64,000 nt of DNA from Candidatus Eiseniibacteriota bacterium (GTDB lineage Bacteria > Arandabacterota > Arandabacteria > Arandabacterales > Arandabacteraceae), in NCBI GenBank assembly GCA_043810925.1, contig JBDRNT010000036.1, forward strand, positions 22,002-86,001, in the 5' to 3' direction. Shown here in pieces: positions 58,258 to 64,000 of this stretch. A program made the position numbers and the translations under genes. Every line of letters begins with the position of its first letter. The first letter of the stretch is position 1. The notes beneath the pieces are model-generated. The model saw nothing but the letters and a program-made list of their open reading frames with translations, was not told the origin of the DNA and searched no databases.

Positions 58258-59601
58258 TCAGAACTCGGTCTTACCGCTGAAGTTGAAGCCCTTTATCTTA
58301 AGAGCCGGTACGACACTTGCCCCGAACCAGTCTGAGATCTGGAGCTTCGCTTCTTTCGAGATCATCTCCACGTTTGAAAAAGCGTCAAGCATGCTGTGGG
58401 TGAACCTGAGATTCTTGACCGGATGTCTTATCCTGCCGTTTTCGACGAAGAAGGTCCCGTCCCTTGTCATACCCGTAAAGAGCGCCTGTCTGGGTTCAAG
58501 AAACCCGTTCACATAGTGGAACCTCTTAACGAGGAGCCCCCGCTCGAGTGACTCGACCATCTCGGCCTCGCTGCTGTCACCTGTTGAGAAGAAAATGTTG
58601 AGCGGAAGTGCGGAGATCTCCTCGCCTGGTGGAAGTGCATGCCCGGTCGAGGCTTTGCCCTCCTTACGGGCGGTGATTGAATTGTAAACGACGTTTCTTG
58701 CGACACCGTTTTTGATGAGGTCTACCCGCTGTTTGGGTACACCCTCAAAGTCAAAGGGGAACGGGAGTCCGCGTGGGTCGCATCCGTCATCCCAGATGGA
58801 GATATTCTCGCCCATTATCTGCTCGCCGATCCTGCCCGACATGAAGCTCCGCTCTTCCTGGAAGGTGTCGGCGCCAAAGCCGATATAGCCGAGCCAGCCC
58901 ATCAAGGAATCCAGGGCATAGGGTGAGATCACAACGTCGTAGCGGCCCTCTTCGAGGTCCTTCGGGTTCTGGCTGTCCGCGCATACCTTGACGGCCTCTT
59001 CGGCCAACCCCTTGGGATCCAGGTCCGAGATGTCGATAGAGGAGCGGTCGGCATAGCCGGAACTCGTCGGCGCCATGACCACTGTGTTCATGAAGACCGC
59101 CGTGTGCTTATGGTACTGGGTAGTGCCGTAGGAGTTGACGAAGGCAATTTCTTTGGCCGAAGTGGAATGCGATCCGGCAGCGAGGAAGTCGAGTTTGTCG
59201 GCCTCTTCGATCACGGCCTTGACATTCTCAGCCCTTCGCCGGGCGCTGCATTCCTCGGTTGCCCGGCTGAACGCGGCAACCTGTTTTGCCCTGGGAGAGC
59301 GCACGAACGCATCGAAGTCCGGGTTGGGAACCTGCGACTCGGCTATCTCCTCGGCCCGCGCTGCAAGCCGCTTCAGGGAATCATCATCCGTAATGTTTGA
59401 CGCCGCTACGCCTATGCGCTTACCCTTCGCGACCCTGAGGTAGATTTCATTGTCACGTTCGAACACGTTCTGATGGATAGTGGAGTTCGCAAAGCGAGTG
59501 AGTCCGCTTGATCTTGCCAGGAGGATCGCCTCGGCCTGCTCCGCTTCAACCATGGAGACCAGTCTCTTCAGTGTATCCAGTGCTTTGGATTCGCCTAGCA
59601 T
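58258..59601 (-). CDS. TldD/PmbA family protein (TldE-like partner)
   Basis: TRFANSTIHQN, FDFEGVP, STGHA, TGMTRDG. Confidence 0.85.
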   Translation of the reverse strand: MLGESKALDTLKRLVSMVEAEQAEAILLARSSGLTRFANSTIHQNVFERDNEIYLRVAKGKRIGVAASNITDDDSLKRLAARAEEIAESQVPNPDFDAFVRSPRAKQVAAFSRATEECSARRRAENVKAVIEEADKLDFLAAGSHSTSAKEIAFVNSYGTTQYHKHTAVFMNTVVMAPTSSGYADRSSIDISDLDPKGLAEEAVKVCADSQNPKDLEEGRYDVVISPYALDSLMGWLGYIGFGADTFQEERSFMSGRIGEQIMGENISIWDDGCDPRGLPFPFDFEGVPKQRVDLIKNGVARNVVYNSITARKEGKASTGHALPPGEEISALPLNIFFSTGDSSEAEMVESLERGLLVKRFHYVNGFLEPRQALFTGMTRDGTFFVENGRIRHPVKNLRFTHSMLDAFSNVEMISKEAKLQISDWFGASVVPALKIKGFNFSGKTEF

Positions 59602-59602
59602 G

Positions 59603-61042
59603 TTACACCCCCACCCTTACTTTTCTGAATCTTGCCGGAGCGGCCCCGTGTGCGACGTGGGCCACCTGCATGGGCTCACCCTTGCCACAGTTCGGGATTC
59701 CCCATATGTGCCAGTATTTCTCAGCGCACACGGCATCGCATGATGCCCAGAACTCCGGGGTGATACCGGTATAGACCGCGTTCTTGATAGGTTCGCCGAT
59801 CTTTCCGTCCTTGATTCTCCAGGCCATCTCGGTACCGAACTGGAAGTTGAGTCTCTTATCATCGATGCTCCAGCTCTTGTTCGAATCCATCAGAATACCG
59901 TCCCTGGTGTCGCGTATCAGCTCCTCGTAATCCCATTGACCGGGTTCGAGGTTTATGTTTGTCATTCTTATCAGCGGGATTCTGTTCCATCCATCCGCCC
60001 GCATGCAGGCATTGCTTTTCTGGTTGAGCTTCGAAGCCGTCTCGCGTGAGGTGAGATATCCCACGAACTCGCCCCTGTCTACTACAGCTGTGCGCTGTGC
60101 CGGAACGCCTTCATCATCGTAGCCGAAGGTCCCCAGACCACCCTCACAGGTTGCATCCTGGAATATCGATACGTGCTCCGAACCGTATTTGAAGTCACCC
60201 ATCTTTTCCACGGTGAGAAAACTTGTACCCGCGAAACTGGCCTCGGTACCGAACACACGGTCGAGCTCGGTCGGATGCCCGCACGATTCGTGGATCTGAA
60301 GGGCGAGCTGTGAACCGCCGATTATGAGCGTCATCTCACCCGTGGGGCATTCGGCCGCCTTAAGAAGTCCCGCAGCCTCATCCGCGGTCTTCTCGGCATT
60401 GTCCGGGAGGTTCAAGTCCCTGACGAACTCGTATCCCCTCGTTGCGGTATCTCCCCACGAAGACGGGTACGATCGTTTCTGGACGTCGTCGTTGCCGATT
60501 GCCGTTGCTGAAATGCCGCCGCCGCTTTCGAAGATCGTCTGTTCGATGTCCGCCCCTTCGGTACTGAGGAAGACCTTGTCGATCCGGTAGAACTGCATGG
60601 AGCCCTCGGCCACCTTGATAGCCGGATTGCGTCTCATTATACGGTCGGCTTCGAGCAAGACCTTGATCTTTTCATCGAGTGAGACTCGAAAAGGATCGCT
60701 GGCTATCCTGGTCTTGTAAGTGTCCACCCTGGCTTCTTCATCGCTTAAGACGATATCCCATTTCTTCATGAGTTTGGTCGCTCTGGCGATCTCTATCGCT
60801 TCTTCGGCAACCCGGGCGGCTTCGTTTTCGCCGGGAGTCGAACTGCTTGAGAAGCCCCAGCATCCGTCGACAATAACCCTTATCCCGAAACCCTTCGAAG
60901 TGTTGTCGCTGATCGAGTCAACCGAACCGTTCTTCACCATGACTCGCTCGCCTCGTGTGGTGACGAGCCGTGCATCAGCATAGTCAACACTCTTTCTGAT
61001 ATCATCCAGAACATTCTTAAGTGTGTCTTTCACCACTGCCAC
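59603..61042 (-). CDS. tldD: TldD metalloprotease
   Basis: HESCGH, YDDEG, RMTN, CGKGEP; true start may be a GTG 2-3 codons downstream. Confidence 0.88.
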   Translation of the reverse strand: MAVVKDTLKNVLDDIRKSVDYADARLVTTRGERVMVKNGSVDSISDNTSKGFGIRVIVDGCWGFSSSSTPGENEAARVAEEAIEIARATKLMKKWDIVLSDEEARVDTYKTRIASDPFRVSLDEKIKVLLEADRIMRRNPAIKVAEGSMQFYRIDKVFLSTEGADIEQTIFESGGGISATAIGNDDVQKRSYPSSWGDTATRGYEFVRDLNLPDNAEKTADEAAGLLKAAECPTGEMTLIIGGSQLALQIHESCGHPTELDRVFGTEASFAGTSFLTVEKMGDFKYGSEHVSIFQDATCEGGLGTFGYDDEGVPAQRTAVVDRGEFVGYLTSRETASKLNQKSNACMRADGWNRIPLIRMTNINLEPGQWDYEELIRDTRDGILMDSNKSWSIDDKRLNFQFGTEMAWRIKDGKIGEPIKNAVYTGITPEFWASCDAVCAEKYWHIWGIPNCGKGEPMQVAHVAHGAAPARFRKVRVGV

Positions 61043-61047
61043 CTCCT

Positions 61048-61099
61048 GGGGTCAGGTCTTGAAATTAAGCGTTTTACGTTCGAGAATTGAACCACGCCC
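61048..61099. repeat. GGGGTCAGGTCTTGA REP-like element with decayed right arm
   Basis: GGGGTCAGGTCTTGAA...TTCGAGAATTGAACC immediately upstream of the tldD RBS. Confidence 0.45.
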
Positions 61100-61251
61100 G
61101 CCCGGCTATGTCAACCCCCTCCAGCTCGGCCAGCCGACCCGCGTATCTTCACACTTTTCTCTAACGGGTCGACCACAACCGATGGTATAGTCAAGACAGG
61201 GAGGTTGGCGATGACGGTTACGGCCCGCATATTAGTGCTGACTGAAGGCCA

Positions 61252-62616
61252 GTGGTGAGCAGAGAACCGGGCCTCCGCTCAAGCGTCCTCGGTATTGCGT
61301 GGCCTGCAAGTGTCGAGTTTCTGATCATAACAAGTATGGTCTTTGCGGATATCATCTTCCTGGCCAGGCTGGGGACCGAGGTGATTGCAGGTGTCGGTGT
61401 CGCGGTCACGGTCTTTCGTGTCTTCTATGAGGTCTTTCATTCGGTCGCAATCGCATCGACGACTGTTGTCGCGCAGGCCGTTGGTGCGCGTAACATGGAT
61501 CTGGCCAGGCGCGGCGCGGCCCAGTCGGTGTTGCTTGCCGTGATCCTGGGTGTGATATCGGGGGGTGTGGGTGTTCTGGTCGCATCCTATGCCATGTCGG
61601 TTATGGGGACCGATGGAGTTGTAAAGCAGCAGGGTCTCATCTACATGCGGCTTCATCTCCTTGCCTCACCTCTCTATGCCATTGCGATCGCGGGTGGTGG
61701 TGTGCTTAAAGGGGTGGGTGATACGCGGACACCCATGGTCTTCACCCTCATATCAAGCGTCATCAAGGTTCTCTTGAGCTGGTGTCTCATCTTCGGCCGG
61801 CTGGGTTTTCCGGTGCTGGGTGTTACCGGGGCCGCCCTCGGTACGATCGTGGCTTATGGCCTCAATGCTATCATGATCTCGGCGAAGCTCTCAACCGGGT
61901 TTGATGGCGTAAGACTTAAGCTGGGCGCATTCATGCCCGACCGGGAACTTCTCAAACGGATCACAGTACTTGCATTTCCTGTTGCGGTCGAACGCATGGT
62001 CATGCGGATGGGTTTCGTTTTCTACATGCGGATGGTCTCCGCACTGGGTACGATCGTCCTGGCTGCCAACCAGATTGCGCTCAGGCTCGAGTCGGTGTCA
62101 CTCACCGTTGGTTTCGGCTTCACCATAGCGGCAACCACCCTGGTCGGACAGGCCGTCGGCCGGCGAGATATAAAGCGCGCGATGGCGAGCGTGAAGACGA
62201 CGATGCAATTCTCTGTCCTGGTTATGTCATCGATGACCGTGATCCTTATACTCATAAGAAAGTGGGCTGTCGGCATATTCATGCCGGGAGCAGACGTCGA
62301 GGGGCTCGCACTCACATGCCTCGTGATCGGCGCGCTTGAACTGCCGGCGCTGGGAGTTCTCTTCACCTACGCCGGGGCCCTCAGGGGTGCCGGAGACACC
62401 CGGAGCCCGATGCTGGTCGCCCTTGTGGGGACATTCCTCTTCAGGCTCCCGCTTGTTTATCTGCTGGGAATCCGATTCGGTCTTGGCCTCAAGGGCATCT
62501 GGTACGGTACACTTTTCGATTGGATCGGGAGAGCCATTCTCATCTATCTTATCTTCAGACGGGGAGGCTGGAAAGACAAGACATTCATAGAAGAGAAAGA
62601 GATAGCCGGAGATTAG
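61252..62616 (+). CDS. MATE family efflux transporter
   Basis: Duplicated GxGDTRxPM, LGVTGAALGT, about 12 TMs. Confidence 0.9.
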   Translation: MVSREPGLRSSVLGIAWPASVEFLIITSMVFADIIFLARLGTEVIAGVGVAVTVFRVFYEVFHSVAIASTTVVAQAVGARNMDLARRGAAQSVLLAVILGVISGGVGVLVASYAMSVMGTDGVVKQQGLIYMRLHLLASPLYAIAIAGGGVLKGVGDTRTPMVFTLISSVIKVLLSWCLIFGRLGFPVLGVTGAALGTIVAYGLNAIMISAKLSTGFDGVRLKLGAFMPDRELLKRITVLAFPVAVERMVMRMGFVFYMRMVSALGTIVLAANQIALRLESVSLTVGFGFTIAATTLVGQAVGRRDIKRAMASVKTTMQFSVLVMSSMTVILILIRKWAVGIFMPGADVEGLALTCLVIGALELPALGVLFTYAGALRGAGDTRSPMLVALVGTFLFRLPLVYLLGIRFGLGLKGIWYGTLFDWIGRAILIYLIFRRGGWKDKTFIEEKEIAGD

Positions 62617-62643
62617 CCCGACGTGGAGGCAAGGAGGTTCGGC

Positions 62644-62898
62644 ATGAAGAAGGTAGGCGCGACTGTAACAAGCGGCGAGTGCAACCAGGGGTTTCACAAG
62701 GTAGGGGACTCGTTCACCATCGGCGAACTCACCCCTGAGGGGATGTGTACATCGGCGTTTGATGCGATCTTCCCGATGGTATTTGCCCTTCAGTGCGGCG
62801 GTGAGTTCTTCTGGGAGAGCCATCGTCATGTGACCTGCGCTTCGTGTCCGGACGATTCGGGACTTATCTTTGAGATCAAGCTCGCAGATGAAAAATAG
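62644..62898 (+). CDS. Small Cys-containing protein, TIGR04076-like
   Basis: GECNQGFHKVGD, GMC..AF..IFP, CPD...FEI; RBS AGGAGG. Confidence 0.65.
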   Translation: MKKVGATVTSGECNQGFHKVGDSFTIGELTPEGMCTSAFDAIFPMVFALQCGGEFFWESHRHVTCASCPDDSGLIFEIKLADEK

Positions 62899-63898
62899 CA
62901 TGGATGAACGCATTGAGGGAAAGATCCCTCACGGACTTCTCACGGAGCTTCTCTCGAAGCTGACCAGGCCCGGGAAAGAGGTCGTGATCGGCCCCGAGGT
63001 CGGTGAGGATGCCTTCGCTGCAAGCGTGGATCGTACCATCGTAGTGGCATCCACCGATCCCATAACCTTCACGACGGAGCACATCGGTTACTACGCCGTA
63101 AACGTAAATGCCAACGACGTTGCAACCATGGGGGCCACGCCGAGATGGTTTCTGGCGACAGCCCTTGTGCCACCCGGCACCGGTAAGCGGGTCCTAAGCG
63201 GCATCTTCCGGGATCTCGACAGCACCTGCGTCGGTCTTGGCATCCGCCTTTGCGGGGGACACACTGAAGTTACTTCCGCCGTAAAGCAGACCGTGGTCGT
63301 CGGCGCGATGATGGGTACTGTATCAAAGCGCGACCTTGTACGGCCAGAACGTGCCAGACAGGGCGACAGGATTCTGCTTACCAAGCGTCTCGCCGTGGAA
63401 GGGACCGCGATCATCGCGAGAGAGAAACGGCGGGTGGTGGATCGTGTTCTGGGTCGTACCCGGTCCGCCAGGGCGCGCAAACTCCTCTTCTCACCGGGCA
63501 TCAGCGTAGTGAGGGAGGCGCTCTCGGCGGTCAAGACCGCCCGTATCCACGCGATGCACGACCCCACAGAGGGCGGGCTCCTGTGGGGTCTGAAGGAACT
63601 CAGCTTCGCCACCGGCATCGGTTTTAGGGTCGATCTGGACAGCGTGCCCGTTTATGATGAGACCCGGCTTATCTGCGAGCATTTTGATCTCGATCCCTTT
63701 GGTCTCATTGCATCGGGTTCGCTTCTCATTGTTGTTTCACCAAGAAGTGTGGCCCCTGTCACGCGCGCCATACGAAACCTGGGTATCGAATGTACCGAGA
63801 TAGGCCGTATGGAAGGGAAGAAGGCAGCGCTTTTCCGCAACGGCAAACCCATTGCTTTTCCACCGCTTAAGTCCGACGAAATCTCCAGAATCGTCTAA
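62888..63898 (+). CDS. AIR synthase-related (HypE/ThiL/PurM-fold) protein
   Basis: GED, STDPIT, NANDVA, GGHTE, MHDPTEGG. Confidence 0.85.
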   Translation: MKNSMDERIEGKIPHGLLTELLSKLTRPGKEVVIGPEVGEDAFAASVDRTIVVASTDPITFTTEHIGYYAVNVNANDVATMGATPRWFLATALVPPGTGKRVLSGIFRDLDSTCVGLGIRLCGGHTEVTSAVKQTVVVGAMMGTVSKRDLVRPERARQGDRILLTKRLAVEGTAIIAREKRRVVDRVLGRTRSARARKLLFSPGISVVREALSAVKTARIHAMHDPTEGGLLWGLKELSFATGIGFRVDLDSVPVYDETRLICEHFDLDPFGLIASGSLLIVVSPRSVAPVTRAIRNLGIECTEIGRMEGKKAALFRNGKPIAFPPLKSDEISRIV

Positions 63899-63906
63899 AC
63901 TTCCCG

Positions 63907-64000
63907 TGGGGTCAGAGCTAAAAAAGCTGCAATTGCTGGGGTCAGAGCTAAAAAAGTCGCAGAAGTTGGGGTCAGACCCCAAGATGTCAGCTTTTTAGCT
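63907..64000. repeat. 30-nt-period GGGGTCAGA repeat cluster with inverted arm, cut by the window edge
   Basis: TGGGGTCAGAGCTAAAAAAG at 63907 and 63937, TGGGGTCAGA at 63967, then inverted CAGCTTTTTAGCT. Confidence 0.7.

Noticed and set aside
58258-61042. TldD/PmbA as part of a RiPP cluster
   Set aside because: No YcaO, radical SAM enzyme or precursor peptide adjacent; an ordinary housekeeping pair is the simpler reading
62888-63898. Selenophosphate synthetase SelD that would support the TGA-Sec idea
   Set aside because: Same fold, but lacks the N-terminal Cys/Sec-x-x-Lys motif; generic AIR synthase-related protein
63907-64000. Possible CRISPR array
   Set aside because: Period is only 30 nt with about 10-nt variable parts, an inverted copy follows, and no cas genes are present

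Overview
A 64 kb stretch of GC-rich bacterial chromosome. Many secreted proteins end in FlgD-Ig/T9SS-like domains or a (T/S)WGx(I/V)KxL(Y/F)(R/K) tail, which suggests an FCB-related candidate phylum such as Eisenbacteria, Krumholzibacteria or Latescibacteria (inference). The main feature is a ~15 kb minus-strand signalling locus at about 8.4-23.2 kb: PilZ, CheA with two CheW domains, an MCP with a Cys-rich tail, a MshEN-PilB/GspE ATPase, STAS, CsrA, a FlgM-like protein, a sigma54 activator, FliA/WhiG and two receiver/kinase genes. It has recognisable sigma54 and sigma28 promoters, a degenerate c-di-GMP-I-like riboswitch and two unannotated small ORFs, but no flagellar structural gene lies in the window. 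Also present: a dif-type XerC/D site, tRNA-Glu(CUC), a group II intron inserted inside a host stop codon (non-canonical GAGUG 5' end, EBS/IBS pairings visible), glnS interrupted by an in-frame TAG, a secreted paralogue with an in-frame TGA opposite a Cys, an ECF sigma/anti-sigma pair, TldD/PmbA and REP-like repeats. All calls come from motif reading by eye; no searches were run.
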